Of a stretch of 64,000 bases of DNA, positions 45,897 to 55,670 are shown one piece after another. This stretch comes from an uncultured Alteromonadaceae bacterium (lineage in GTDB: Bacteria > Pseudomonadota > Gammaproteobacteria > Enterobacterales > Alteromonadaceae). The position numbers were made by a program, and so were the translations under genes. Positions within the stretch are counted from its first letter, which is position 1. Each line of letters opens with the position of its first letter. Location of the stretch: contig CATMRP010000001.1 of NCBI GenBank assembly GCA_950073835.1, forward strand, positions 14,164 through 78,163, written 5' to 3'. Below the pieces are notes generated by a model, which made no database searches, was not told the DNA's origin, and worked only from the letters and a program-made list of their open reading frames with translations.

Positions 45897-46745
45897 ATGT
45901 CTAACAAAACTGAATATGAAGTCAGGTATGCAGTAGGGCAGCGCGAGGTAAAGGGGTACGACACTACCGAGCTGCGCGACACCTTTCTGGTCGACAAACT
46001 GATGACACCCGGCAAGGTTTACTGGGTGTACAGCCATTACGAGCGCTTTATGCTGGGCAGCGTGGTACCCACCGACTCGCCGTTGGTGCTGGAAACGCTG
46101 GATGCGCTCAAGGCAGAGCATTTTCTTGATCGCCGCGAGCTGGGCATTATTAACATTGGCGGCGACGGCACAGTAGTCGCCGATGGCGAAGAGTTCAACC
46201 TGGCCCGCGAAGAAGCGCTGTATCTCGCTAAGGGAAATAAAACGGTAACCTTTTATTCCAACGATCCGGAAAAACCAGCCAAGTTTTATTTAAACTCAGC
46301 GCCAGCCCATCATGCCTATAGCAACAAAAAAATTGCTAAGGGTGATGCCAAGGTATTACATCTCGGCGGCCAGGATACCTCTAACGAACGGGACATTAAT
46401 CAGTTAATGATTAACACCGTGGTGGAAACCTGCCAGTTACAAATGGGACTCACCCGTCTTATGCCGGGCAGCGTGTGGAATACCATGCCTGCCCATCAGC
46501 ACGATCGCCGTAATGAAGTGTACTTCTATCTCGATCTCGATGAAGGACAGGCGGTGTGCCACATCATGGGAGAACCTCATGAAACCCGGCATATCTTTGT
46601 GCAGAACGAGCAGGCCGTGTTGTCTCCACCCTGGTCTATTCACTGCGGTGTGGGCACGTCAAACTATGCCTTTATCTGGGGGATGGCAGGTGAAAACCTC
46701 GATTACGGCGACATGGACAGCTACCCGCCGGATCAACTTCGTTAG
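45897..46745 (+). CDS. kduI: 5-dehydro-4-deoxy-D-glucuronate isomerase
   Basis: YDTTELR..FL, YSHYER, RRELGIINIGG, CQLQMG, WNTMPAHQHDRRNEVYFY, SPPWSIH, WGMAGEN. Confidence 0.97.
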   Translation: MSNKTEYEVRYAVGQREVKGYDTTELRDTFLVDKLMTPGKVYWVYSHYERFMLGSVVPTDSPLVLETLDALKAEHFLDRRELGIINIGGDGTVVADGEEFNLAREEALYLAKGNKTVTFYSNDPEKPAKFYLNSAPAHHAYSNKKIAKGDAKVLHLGGQDTSNERDINQLMINTVVETCQLQMGLTRLMPGSVWNTMPAHQHDRRNEVYFYLDLDEGQAVCHIMGEPHETRHIFVQNEQAVLSPPWSIHCGVGTSNYAFIWGMAGENLDYGDMDSYPPDQLR

Positions 46746-46800
46746 TAGCTATTTCGCCTGAGTCCTATAGTATGATTAATGATGTAACCCGGAAGTGATT

Positions 46801-47577
46801 ATGGAACGTTATCTGATCCCCAGTGTTAACCATGCCTGTCAGATTTTCAGAACCCTGGCCAATGCGCCGGAGGGGATGACCATGCACGAGATGGAGGTGG
46901 CGCTGGAGTTACCTCGTACTACCTTATTCAGGTTGCTGCGCACCCTGTGCAATGAACAGATGCTGGAAAAACGGGGCAAACGCTACTTTTGCGGCACCGA
47001 TTTGATGAAGCTGGGGTTACACATTATCAACTCCGATCGAATGCACCAACTGGCGATCCCGCACATTCAACGCCTAGCGCTTAAAAGCGGTCACACGGCC
47101 CACCTAGCAGTGCCCAATAACGGCAGTATTCTGATTGTTGAAGTGGTGGATAGTCCTAACCCGCTGATGGTTTCTAAGCGCCCCGGCGTGCAGGCTCAGC
47201 TGCATTGTTCGGCCGGCGGCAAAGTGTTTCTGGCGTTTCTGTATTATGACAACCTCGAGTTGATCCTGCAGGAACACCCCATGGAGAAACACACCGAATA
47301 CACCATTACCGACATTGATAAACTTCGTGAAGAACTCAAACGGGTAGAAGCCTTAGGTTATGCGGTAGACGAGCGTGAATACAATAAAGACGTACGTTGT
47401 CTGGCAGTACCGGTAAGAGACAACCGCGGCGTAGTGGTGGCTTCTGTCGGCGTTACCGCACCTGCGGTGACCTTCCCCAAATCACAAATTCCGGCAGTGG
47501 CTGAATTTGCTAAGGAAGCAGCCCGGGGCATTTATCGCGATACTTATCAGTTATCGGAAAAACGCCTGGGTGCATAA
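46801..47577 (+). CDS. IclR-family transcriptional regulator (KdgR-like role likely)
   Basis: N-terminal HTH (LELPRTTLFRLL), HCSAGGKVFLA, GYAVDEREY, CLAVPV. Confidence 0.9.
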   Translation: MERYLIPSVNHACQIFRTLANAPEGMTMHEMEVALELPRTTLFRLLRTLCNEQMLEKRGKRYFCGTDLMKLGLHIINSDRMHQLAIPHIQRLALKSGHTAHLAVPNNGSILIVEVVDSPNPLMVSKRPGVQAQLHCSAGGKVFLAFLYYDNLELILQEHPMEKHTEYTITDIDKLREELKRVEALGYAVDEREYNKDVRCLAVPVRDNRGVVVASVGVTAPAVTFPKSQIPAVAEFAKEAARGIYRDTYQLSEKRLGA

Positions 47578-47592
47578 ACTGGCATTGGTTAA

Positions 47593-49209
47593 TTACCAAT
47601 GCCATTTGTTGCTGTTGTCTTCCCGTTTGGTGTTGTAAATACTCTGTGCGTTCTGGTTCAGATACCAGTTCTGGTTTGCAGAGCCCGACGACTCAACAAA
47701 CGGAATAAATTCACTGTAACCACGACTGATATTGTGCCCCTCAATAAGTGGCAACCAGTCGGTTGAGAATATCATCGCAAAAGGATAGCCATTTTCGTCG
47801 GTAAACTGAGCGTTGGCGTTATCACTGGCCTGATACCCGTTGGCAGTTCTGTCTGTAGCTAAGGCCTTACCTGGCAGGTGGACCTCATAGGCAAAAGTAT
47901 TGTTATTGTCGCCCTCGCGGTGCACGAACAAATACGGATCGAAGGGTGGCTGCTCCGCAGCAGTGAAACTTACCCCCTGGTCGAGCGCCACATTAAAGGT
48001 ATATTTAGGACCCTGGACAAATTTGTCTTCTGTTTCGCAGTCTTTTTCCGTGTTGGTAAATTCGCAGCCTGCGGCAGGCGCAAAGATGATTTTGGTATCT
48101 TTAAATGCCTGTAAATCGAGCGGGCCGGAGAAGGTACGCTCACGGTTAACAAAATAGGGTGCGCTCGCTGAAGCGGGTGGCAGTCCGTCTGCGGTGGTAG
48201 CAAACATCGACTCGCTGATAACCCCCGATAATCCCGGCGTATTAATCCGTAAATGCCAGTCGTGGTTGAACGTCGCGCCACGCGTTATCAGCACCGCCTC
48301 GCCGCGCAGTTTGCTGACCTCTGAGTATTTATCGATGCCATATTCAACCCGGTAAGCCACAATTAAATCATTGAAGTCATAGTCTCCCAGATTGGGAAAC
48401 AGATCTTCATAACCCACCAGATAATAGGTATCGGCCGACGGGTACGCTGTCCAGGCATACCATTCGTTGGTGTAGCCATCCTGGGTGAAACTGGGATCTT
48501 CTTCACGTAAATCAAACACGCCTGGTGCTTCGGCAACACCGGCTGCCTCAAGGTCAAGAAACCGAGCATCGACAGCATCAACAACGGCAATGTCTTCAAA
48601 ACCATTGGAATAGTCGTAAAACAGTTCCGGGTCGCCTAATCTGCCGTTTGTATTTAATAATTCTATGGTCAGGGTGACCTCACTGGCGGAGCTAAGGTCT
48701 ATGCTAACGGGAAAGGTCAGAGTGGCGTCAAAATCAGCAGCAATGGTTGAGGTTCCACCCGTTAAGGTACTGGAGCCGCTACGGCCAAGTAATGTGTAGT
48801 AAAGGCTGCGCTCAGCCGCACTCTGATTACCCTCTGCCAGCAAATACCGGGTACGCGTGCTGTACTGGCTGAATGTCTGTGTTTCACCATTAAGTGTTAC
48901 GGTTAATTCCGCCGATTTAATGGCAACGCCCTGACTTTCTGCTTTTTCGGTGCCACTGGCTGCTTCATTTATATCTACCGCAAACACCAGTTTACTATCA
49001 TGCTCCTGACGCAGGGCTTCCAGTCGTTGCATGCGTTCTGCAACCGTGTCTCCCAATGCCGTTTCGTCGGCCAGGGTAATATCGCCAGTGCCATTAGACC
49101 GAATGACATCGCTTATCAGGTGAGACTGAGCAAAACAGGCAAATGTTAGTAACGTGCCAGCCAGAGTCAGGGCGGCGTGTTTTAAGAATTTACAGATGAT
49201 AAAGCTCAT
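47593..49209 (-). CDS. Secreted LruC/DUF4842-domain protein
   Basis: Signal peptide; GYEDLFPNLGDYDFNDLIV, PPFDPYL, EVHLPG, YPFAM, YSEFIPFVESSG. Confidence 0.8.
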   Translation of the reverse strand: MSFIICKFLKHAALTLAGTLLTFACFAQSHLISDVIRSNGTGDITLADETALGDTVAERMQRLEALRQEHDSKLVFAVDINEAASGTEKAESQGVAIKSAELTVTLNGETQTFSQYSTRTRYLLAEGNQSAAERSLYYTLLGRSGSSTLTGGTSTIAADFDATLTFPVSIDLSSASEVTLTIELLNTNGRLGDPELFYDYSNGFEDIAVVDAVDARFLDLEAAGVAEAPGVFDLREEDPSFTQDGYTNEWYAWTAYPSADTYYLVGYEDLFPNLGDYDFNDLIVAYRVEYGIDKYSEVSKLRGEAVLITRGATFNHDWHLRINTPGLSGVISESMFATTADGLPPASASAPYFVNRERTFSGPLDLQAFKDTKIIFAPAAGCEFTNTEKDCETEDKFVQGPKYTFNVALDQGVSFTAAEQPPFDPYLFVHREGDNNNTFAYEVHLPGKALATDRTANGYQASDNANAQFTDENGYPFAMIFSTDWLPLIEGHNISRGYSEFIPFVESSGSANQNWYLNQNAQSIYNTKREDNSNKWHW

Positions 49210-49613
49210 AATGCCACCTCCACAATTTTCACCTGAGCGGTGTCGGTGGCAATGTCGTAGGCCAGATATTCCACAGTGATAGTTTCTATGATTGTGGGAA
49301 TATTCACGTTAACCGACTCCGTGTTACCGGCCTGGGATCTGCCAAGGTACAAGTCCTGTATTTTGTTATCCCATGTGGCGGTGAGCTTAAAGTTAACCTG
49401 CCCGAATAAATCATCAGGTACGCTGAACGTTACGGTGTGTTGCACAAAATTACTGAAATCAAACTGGTTGGGCACATCAGCGATGGCGCCGCCGCCGACC
49501 TCTGCTGGTGGCGGGCTGGCCGGTGGGGGCGGTGGACTGCTGTTACTCTCTGAACCGCCGCCGCACCCAAAAAGCAGCAACAGTAAAGCGATTGCTGTGA
49601 GTTGTTTATGCAT
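49206..49613 (-). CDS. Hypothetical lipoprotein with Ser/Pro-rich linker
   Basis: Lipobox LFGC, then GGGSESNSSPPPPPASPPP; ATGA overlap with the LruC gene. Confidence 0.75.
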   Translation of the reverse strand: MHKQLTAIALLLLLFGCGGGSESNSSPPPPPASPPPAEVGGGAIADVPNQFDFSNFVQHTVTFSVPDDLFGQVNFKLTATWDNKIQDLYLGRSQAGNTESVNVNIPTIIETITVEYLAYDIATDTAQVKIVEVAL

Positions 49614-49732
49614 CGCTACTACCTCTTAATAAAAAGAACGACATGATTCGTTTAAGGTAGTAGCTGATTGCGAGTATCGCTTGCGCCTGGTAGCAGAAGT
49701 AAACTAAAGAATAACGCTGCCTGGGCTGAGCA

Positions 49733-50083
49733 TCAGTCCCTTTTTTCGGCGGGCAGCTCGCTGATATTCACGTGGTAGCGACTGAGTAACACACCCAGTA
49801 GCAGGAAGATAACGCCTGCGATACTCATGGCGACTACCGCATGAAAATTATGGCTGGTGAAGCGCTCGGTAACTTCTCTTATCACTTCACTGCGCAGCAC
49901 TACTTTACTTTGCTTTAAGCCGAGGCGGGTATATTGCTCGTTTTGAATATCGTGCAGATTAAACAGGTAATCAGACGTACCTGTGGTCATGGAAGAAACA
50001 TAAAACGCCTGCACGAAAAGTAAAAAACCGGCGGCGAAAAAGAAAGTACTGATCCCTTTGGTGCTGATAGTCAGGTTCATCAT
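49733..50083 (-). CDS. Hypothetical two-TM membrane protein
   Basis: AGGAGG RBS before ATG 50083; two hydrophobic segments flanking a soluble loop. Confidence 0.6.
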   Translation of the reverse strand: MMNLTISTKGISTFFFAAGFLLFVQAFYVSSMTTGTSDYLFNLHDIQNEQYTRLGLKQSKVVLRSEVIREVTERFTSHNFHAVVAMSIAGVIFLLLGVLLSRYHVNISELPAEKRD

Positions 50084-50302
50084 AGTGCCTCCTTGCACTG
50101 CTTAATAGGCTTGTTGCTCCGTTCCTGAGCCGAAAGCGGCCAACCACGCCGCTGATTAAATATAGTCTAAAACCCGATCATTTCGCCAGTATTCCGAGCG
50201 CAAAAAATACGCTTTTTATGCAGGCGACAACAGCTACGGCAAGTTTAATGGTTTGAGCGACCCGGCGTTATTGGGTAGTCTCTGGTTAATTCAATTTTAC
50301 TT

Positions 50303-51928
50303 ATGAACAGCATGATAAAAACTCTCATTTTGAGCAGCGCACTGCTTTGTACGTTTGCCAGCCTCGCGGCTATCTCAGCGGATATCTGTAACAGCATCAA
50401 TCTGGATAATTACCGGCAGGATGTGAAAACCCTTGCCAGTGATGAATTCGAGGGGCGTGCGCCGCTTTCCGACGGTGAAACAAAAACCGTGGCGTATCTG
50501 GTAAAACAGTTTCGTGAGATGGGCCTGCGGCCGGCATTTGGTGATAGCTATATCCAGCCAGTGCCGCTGGCCAAAATTACCGCCAGTCAGGACATGTCGC
50601 TATCTGTTGGAGGCGCCACTTTTACCAATGGCGACGACTTCGTGGCTCGTACTGAGCGCATCACAGAGCAACTTACGCTGGATAACGAAGTGGTGTTTGT
50701 CGGCTATGGTATCAATGCGCCGGAGTATCACTGGAATGATTATGCCGGGGTTGATGTTAAGGGAAAAACCGTGATCGTACTGGTTAACGATCCGGGCTTT
50801 ACCTCTGGCGACAAGGCGTTTTTCAACGGCCAGGCCATGACCTATTACGGTCGCTGGACTTACAAATATGAGGAGGCCGCCCGTCAGGGTGCAAAAGCGG
50901 TGTTTATTGTTCACGAAACCATGGCGGCCGGTTATGGTTGGGGCGTGGTAAAAGCCGGTGGCACCACGGCAAAATACACCCTGGTCGACAACAACAATAA
51001 CCTGTCGAAAATCGGTGTGATGGGCTGGATGACACTGCGCGCGGCCGAAAAAATGTTTGCCGCATCGGGTTTGGATTACCGGCAGTTAAAAACGCAGGCG
51101 GGTAAGCCAGGCTTCACAGCCATTGAGCTGCAGCAGCACGCCAAGCTGAAGCTGCGCAACACCATTGAACACAAGGCTTCACAAAACGTTGCCGCGATGC
51201 TGCCCGGTAGCGAGGCGCAGGATGAATGGGTAGCCTTGCATGCCCATTGGGATGGTCTGGGTAAAGGCACAGAGAATGGTCAGGAAGTGATCCTGAACGG
51301 TGCGGTGGATAATGCCTCTGGTGTGGCCGGAGTGTTGGAGCTCGCCAGGGTATTCAAGCAAAAGGCCAAAGCAATGCCCCTTAAACGTACGCTGATGTTT
51401 GCTGCCTTTACTGCCGAGGAAACCGGCATAATTGGTGCGGAGCATTTTGCTAAGCATCCGCCGGTGCCGGCTAAGGATATCGTCGCATTTTTAAATATAG
51501 ACGGCATGAACGTAAATGATGCCACCCCTTATACGCTGCAATACGGAGAGAATGTATCTGATCTGGAAGACTATGTTGCCCGCGTGGCTAAACGTCAGGG
51601 GCGCTTTGTTAAACCAGATCCGCGGCCTCAGAACGGCCTGTTTTTTCGCTCCGATCATTTTGCCGCAGCCCGCCAGGGGATCCCGTCGTATTTATTTATG
51701 AGTCTGGGGGATACCGATCCGCAATTTATCGCCAGTCGTTATCATAAATCTGGTGATGATTACTTTGATAGCTGGTCATTAGGCGGGGTGGTTCAGGATC
51801 TGGACCTGATTGGGCAGATTATGGCTGAGCTTGCCAACAATGGCGACTGGCCGGGCTGGAAAGCTGAATCGTCCTTTAAAGAAGCACGGATTGCTTCGGG
51901 CCGTGGAATTTCCCCTGGCGAAGAGTAA
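50303..51928 (+). CDS. M28 family metallopeptidase with PA domain, secreted
   Basis: LASDEFEGR, HWDGLG, NGAVDNASG, TAEETG, NIDG, FFRSDH, YH. Confidence 0.9.
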   Translation: MNSMIKTLILSSALLCTFASLAAISADICNSINLDNYRQDVKTLASDEFEGRAPLSDGETKTVAYLVKQFREMGLRPAFGDSYIQPVPLAKITASQDMSLSVGGATFTNGDDFVARTERITEQLTLDNEVVFVGYGINAPEYHWNDYAGVDVKGKTVIVLVNDPGFTSGDKAFFNGQAMTYYGRWTYKYEEAARQGAKAVFIVHETMAAGYGWGVVKAGGTTAKYTLVDNNNNLSKIGVMGWMTLRAAEKMFAASGLDYRQLKTQAGKPGFTAIELQQHAKLKLRNTIEHKASQNVAAMLPGSEAQDEWVALHAHWDGLGKGTENGQEVILNGAVDNASGVAGVLELARVFKQKAKAMPLKRTLMFAAFTAEETGIIGAEHFAKHPPVPAKDIVAFLNIDGMNVNDATPYTLQYGENVSDLEDYVARVAKRQGRFVKPDPRPQNGLFFRSDHFAAARQGIPSYLFMSLGDTDPQFIASRYHKSGDDYFDSWSLGGVVQDLDLIGQIMAELANNGDWPGWKAESSFKEARIASGRGISPGEE

Positions 51929-52003
51929 CCGGCTAAAGGGGGCTATCGCCATCGTCAGCATCAGTCGCATTACACGGATACAAAGTGTGATTGCTGATGT
52001 TAT

Positions 52004-52483
52004 TCAGTTTAAGGCGTTCCCCGGCCGCAGTGTTTTCATACCGGTCAGAAAAGCCGCAACGTTATCGTCGCCCTCAGCCGGCGCCCAGTCGGCAAAGTCT
52101 TTATCGTCGGTCACTTCGTAGGGGCCTTGTTTTACCTCAACAAAAGTTACCGGCTGATTGCATACGGTGGCGTGCCAGGTGTTGGGAGGGATTTCCACCC
52201 CCAGGCAGTCACTGCCCGGGCCCAAAGCAAGGCGCTCTGTGAGCACGCCGTAATCATCAAAAAACAGCAGCTCAAGGCAGCCATCCACCACCATAAAGAA
52301 TTCCCATTTATGCGGTTGGCTATGGCGATGAGGCCTGACATAAGAGTCGGGCAGCATGCAGACAAACAGGCGCTGTACCGGCTGCCGGTAGTCATCATGC
52401 ACATTGTGGTGTGCGCGGCGACGTGGGCTGGCTTCCGCCTGGGCTCTTAGTTCACTGAGTAACTCAACATCAAACTTTTTCAT
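52004..52483 (-). CDS. WbuC-family cupin-fold metalloprotein
   Basis: SPRRRAHHNVH, SYVRPHRH, KWE, GVEIPPNTWH, EVKQGPY, FADWAPAE; start ATG 52483. Confidence 0.88.
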   Translation of the reverse strand: MKKFDVELLSELRAQAEASPRRRAHHNVHDDYRQPVQRLFVCMLPDSYVRPHRHSQPHKWEFFMVVDGCLELLFFDDYGVLTERLALGPGSDCLGVEIPPNTWHATVCNQPVTFVEVKQGPYEVTDDKDFADWAPAEGDDNVAAFLTGMKTLRPGNALN

Positions 52484-54947
52484 CGGCGCCTGCTTCCCTG
52501 TCGGCCTGAAGAATATCCTGCTGTAAATGCTGCACAATCTCCGGCCAGACTAACGCCATAATGTCTTTACGCAGGGCCGAGGCTTCCTCGGAATACTTCA
52601 GGCTGCCGTCTTCGTCGGCGTCCAGCCAGTGGTTGTCGCGCAGCGCGCTGATAAAACTCGACAGCACATTTTTATCGTAAAACTCCGGCGAGTGCATGCC
52701 ATACAGTTTGGATAAACGCTCGGCCACGGTTTTACTTTCCCGCTCCAGGGCATTGCGGCTAATCGATTTGTCGCGTTTAAGAATGGTCAGCACTACCGCG
52801 TAACGCTGCAGGGTTTCCTGCATACAGCGACTCAGCAGCCAGCTTGAATGGAACTGTTCGCTGTCGGCTTCCGGCAACGCCAGATAACGCCCTTTTTGCT
52901 GCAACATGCCGGTTTGTTTGAAAGCATCTATCAGTTGCGCGGTGTAGGCCAGCGCTTCATCCTGCGACAAGTGCAGGAAGAGCTCGCGCTGCAGCAGTGG
53001 GTAAAGCGCTGCAATTAGCTGCAGAATGTTGGTTTTCTCCAGCTTGCCATGGGCAAAAATGGCCGTCATGACAATGCCTGGCAGCGCGAACAGGTGAATA
53101 ATATTATTGCGATAGTAGGTTAAAAACACCGCGTTATCCGCCATCGGACTGATCAGCGTGCCGTAGTTGTCTTCGGTTACCTGTAATCGTTTTAACGATA
53201 AGGTGTGATCGAGTAGCGCGTTGGCATCTTCTTTAGGCAGGGTGGCATTAGCACTGTACGGAGCCAGCTCAAACAGGGCAAGGTAGTCGCGCATCGCCTG
53301 GGCCAGTTCCGTTTTACTCATGGTTTGGGTTTTCGACGCCAGCAGACACAGCGCGGTGAGGGCCATGCCGTTAATCGCAGCCGCACTGTTAACCCGGGTC
53401 ATTAACTCGTTGGCCAGGCCGTTAACCGTAGGTGTTAACCAGGCTGGTTTTTTCTCGGGGTTTAAGGTCTGACTCTCACGCCAGTTAGGGGCTTTATTGT
53501 CGAGAAATTGATTGAGCGGCAGTGGCTCGCCAAAATTCACAAAGCCATGACCATAATTTTTGAGTTTTTTAATGGCTGAAAACACCTGCCAGTTGGACTC
53601 TTTCTTTTTCGCGCCGCCCTTCAGCTCGCTAAGATAGCTCTTCACTTCCATGACGTTTTCGTAGCCAATGTACACCGGCACCAAACTGATTGGCCGGTTT
53701 ACCCCTTTGACTGCGGCCTGAATAGTCATGGCCAGCATGCCGGTTTTCGGCGGGATCAGGCGTCCGGTGCGGCTGCGGCCGCCTTCCGGGTAATACTTCA
53801 CCGCGTAGCCTTTTTTAAACAGTAATTCCAGATACTCGCGGAATACGGCGGTGTAGAGCTTGTTACCGGCAAAGCTGCGGCGCAGGAAAAATGCCCCGCC
53901 GCGCCGAAAAATACCGCCTACCGGCCAGAAGTTAAGATTGATACCGGCAGCGATATGCGGTGTAACCAGGCCTTCATGGTAAATCACATAAGTAAGCAAC
54001 AGATAATCCATATGACTGCGATGGCAGGGCACATAGATAATTTCGTGACCATTATTGGCCAGTTCACGAATACGGTTGGCGTGACCAACGCTGATACCGT
54101 TATAAATTTTGTTCCAGATACGGGTTAACAGGCGATCACCAAAGCGGATCAGCCCTTCCCGATAATCGGCGGCAATCTCTGTTAAGTAGCCTGCCGCAAC
54201 CTGGCGTGCTTCTTCGGCGCTGAGTTTTTTGGCTCGCATCTCTTCACCAATGGCATTGCGAACCATTTCTGAGCCGAGTACCGCATTATTCAGTTCCTGC
54301 CGTTCCAGCAGAGTGGGGCCGGTCATAGCCTGGCGTTTACGATGAAAGTGAGTACTTGCTACGCGAGAAAGCTTGTGGGCCAGCTTTTCGTCGGAACTGC
54401 GCTGATCGACCATAGCGCGGGACGACACTGCCTGGCTGTAACTAATAAATGTATCCCGGCCGAGGAATAACACGATAAAAAACTTGCGTAACCAACTGGG
54501 CGCGGCGGACAGAGTGAGTAGATCCGCCAGCCCCGGCTTGCCTTTGCCTGGTGCCCTGCCCCAGGTAATAAATACCGGTACCACCTGAACATCGAAGTCG
54601 CTGTGATCGCGATGCAATTGGAACAGATCAGTAAATACCGGCTCGATATCGGTATCCTGGTTTCGTTTGCGTAACAGTGCCTCAGTGCGACGCAGAAACA
54701 GACTGCCCGGATAGGTTTTCTTCGCCAGCGTAACCGGCTCAATGGGGTCAGGTAGACCCATTTTCTGCGCGGACATTTGCAATGCCAGCTGATCGGTCAC
54801 CGAGTCGGATGGCAGTAAATAAATAATGGGGCGCGATTTATCGATGCCGAGTTCACTCTCCACATCAGAAGGAATACTGTTGGTTTTCACCAGCCACTTA
54901 ACCGGTAGACGAAACACGTTAAGCAAAGCCTGACGCATCCAAGTCAT
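52470..54947 (-). CDS. plsB: Glycerol-3-phosphate 1-O-acyltransferase
   Basis: YVPCHRSHMDYLL (HX4D), PHIAAGINL, GAFFLRRSF, YPEGGRSRTG, YYRNN. Confidence 0.97.
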   Translation of the reverse strand: MTWMRQALLNVFRLPVKWLVKTNSIPSDVESELGIDKSRPIIYLLPSDSVTDQLALQMSAQKMGLPDPIEPVTLAKKTYPGSLFLRRTEALLRKRNQDTDIEPVFTDLFQLHRDHSDFDVQVVPVFITWGRAPGKGKPGLADLLTLSAAPSWLRKFFIVLFLGRDTFISYSQAVSSRAMVDQRSSDEKLAHKLSRVASTHFHRKRQAMTGPTLLERQELNNAVLGSEMVRNAIGEEMRAKKLSAEEARQVAAGYLTEIAADYREGLIRFGDRLLTRIWNKIYNGISVGHANRIRELANNGHEIIYVPCHRSHMDYLLLTYVIYHEGLVTPHIAAGINLNFWPVGGIFRRGGAFFLRRSFAGNKLYTAVFREYLELLFKKGYAVKYYPEGGRSRTGRLIPPKTGMLAMTIQAAVKGVNRPISLVPVYIGYENVMEVKSYLSELKGGAKKKESNWQVFSAIKKLKNYGHGFVNFGEPLPLNQFLDNKAPNWRESQTLNPEKKPAWLTPTVNGLANELMTRVNSAAAINGMALTALCLLASKTQTMSKTELAQAMRDYLALFELAPYSANATLPKEDANALLDHTLSLKRLQVTEDNYGTLISPMADNAVFLTYYRNNIIHLFALPGIVMTAIFAHGKLEKTNILQLIAALYPLLQRELFLHLSQDEALAYTAQLIDAFKQTGMLQQKGRYLALPEADSEQFHSSWLLSRCMQETLQRYAVVLTILKRDKSISRNALERESKTVAERLSKLYGMHSPEFYDKNVLSSFISALRDNHWLDADEDGSLKYSEEASALRKDIMALVWPEIVQHLQQDILQADREAGADEKV

Positions 54948-55030
54948 GAATTGGGTGTCCTGTTTAATGAAATACCTGCATAGTGTACCACGATTTCAGG
55001 CAGTTATAGCCTGGCTGGCCATGCTTGCAG

Positions 55031-55456
55031 CTAATCCTTGAATTTTATAGCCAGTGCACCACTGGTGCTGACTAAGGCGGTAGCGACAGTGCCCCAGGTC
55101 CAGTCTATCAGGGTAATGGGTAACGGCCAGTCGGCAACAATGGAATAATTGGTCAGGTTGTAGGCACCATAGGCCGTTGCCCCCACTACCGCGCCGTTCA
55201 GAAACGCTTTGGCCAGGCTTTGCCTGGCCGGTAGCACCGCCAGATATAAACCCGCCGCGCAATAGCCAATGTAAAACACCAGCCATGGCCAGGTGATAAA
55301 CGGGTCGCGAAGCAAGCCGGAGAGACTGCCGAAGTACCATTGATTAGCTACCATTCCAAGCCAAATACCATCAAGCACGCCAAACACCAGCAGCATAGTG
55401 ACATACGCCAGTAACAGCCGGGTAACAGTGATTTTAGAAGTAGAAGGGGATGTCAT
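55031..55456 (-). CDS. DUF2177 family membrane protein
   Basis: LDGIWLG, VFY, AYGAYNLTNYS, DWTWG. Confidence 0.82.
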   Translation of the reverse strand: MTSPSTSKITVTRLLLAYVTMLLVFGVLDGIWLGMVANQWYFGSLSGLLRDPFITWPWLVFYIGYCAAGLYLAVLPARQSLAKAFLNGAVVGATAYGAYNLTNYSIVADWPLPITLIDWTWGTVATALVSTSGALAIKFKD

Positions 55457-55544
55457 GTTGGTCCTTGTGGGGCGGCATTTTGTTACTGATTAATAGGCTA
55501 ATCAGCCCGAAACAGATCGCTTTGCGCTGATTGATATTTTTGTT

Positions 55545-55564
55545 AATGTAAATTATTCTTATTT
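55545..55564. promoter_or_regulatory. Fur-box-like site upstream of PepSY cluster
   Basis: AATGTAAATTATTCTTATTT, two mismatches to AATGANAATNATTCTCATTT. Confidence 0.55.
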
Positions 55565-55670
55565 GCGTTTTTGGTTCAGGCCCTTGCCTGACAAAATCAA
55601 ACCGCGTACTAGCAGTTAGGAGCATTAAAGTGCTGCCCGCTGCACCATTTCAAAATAATAAGTAAAGTTT

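Noticed and set aside
49505-49540. GGT/GGC-rich low-complexity tract
   Set aside because: Encodes the poly-Pro linker of the lipoprotein; not a tandem-repeat or phase-variation locus
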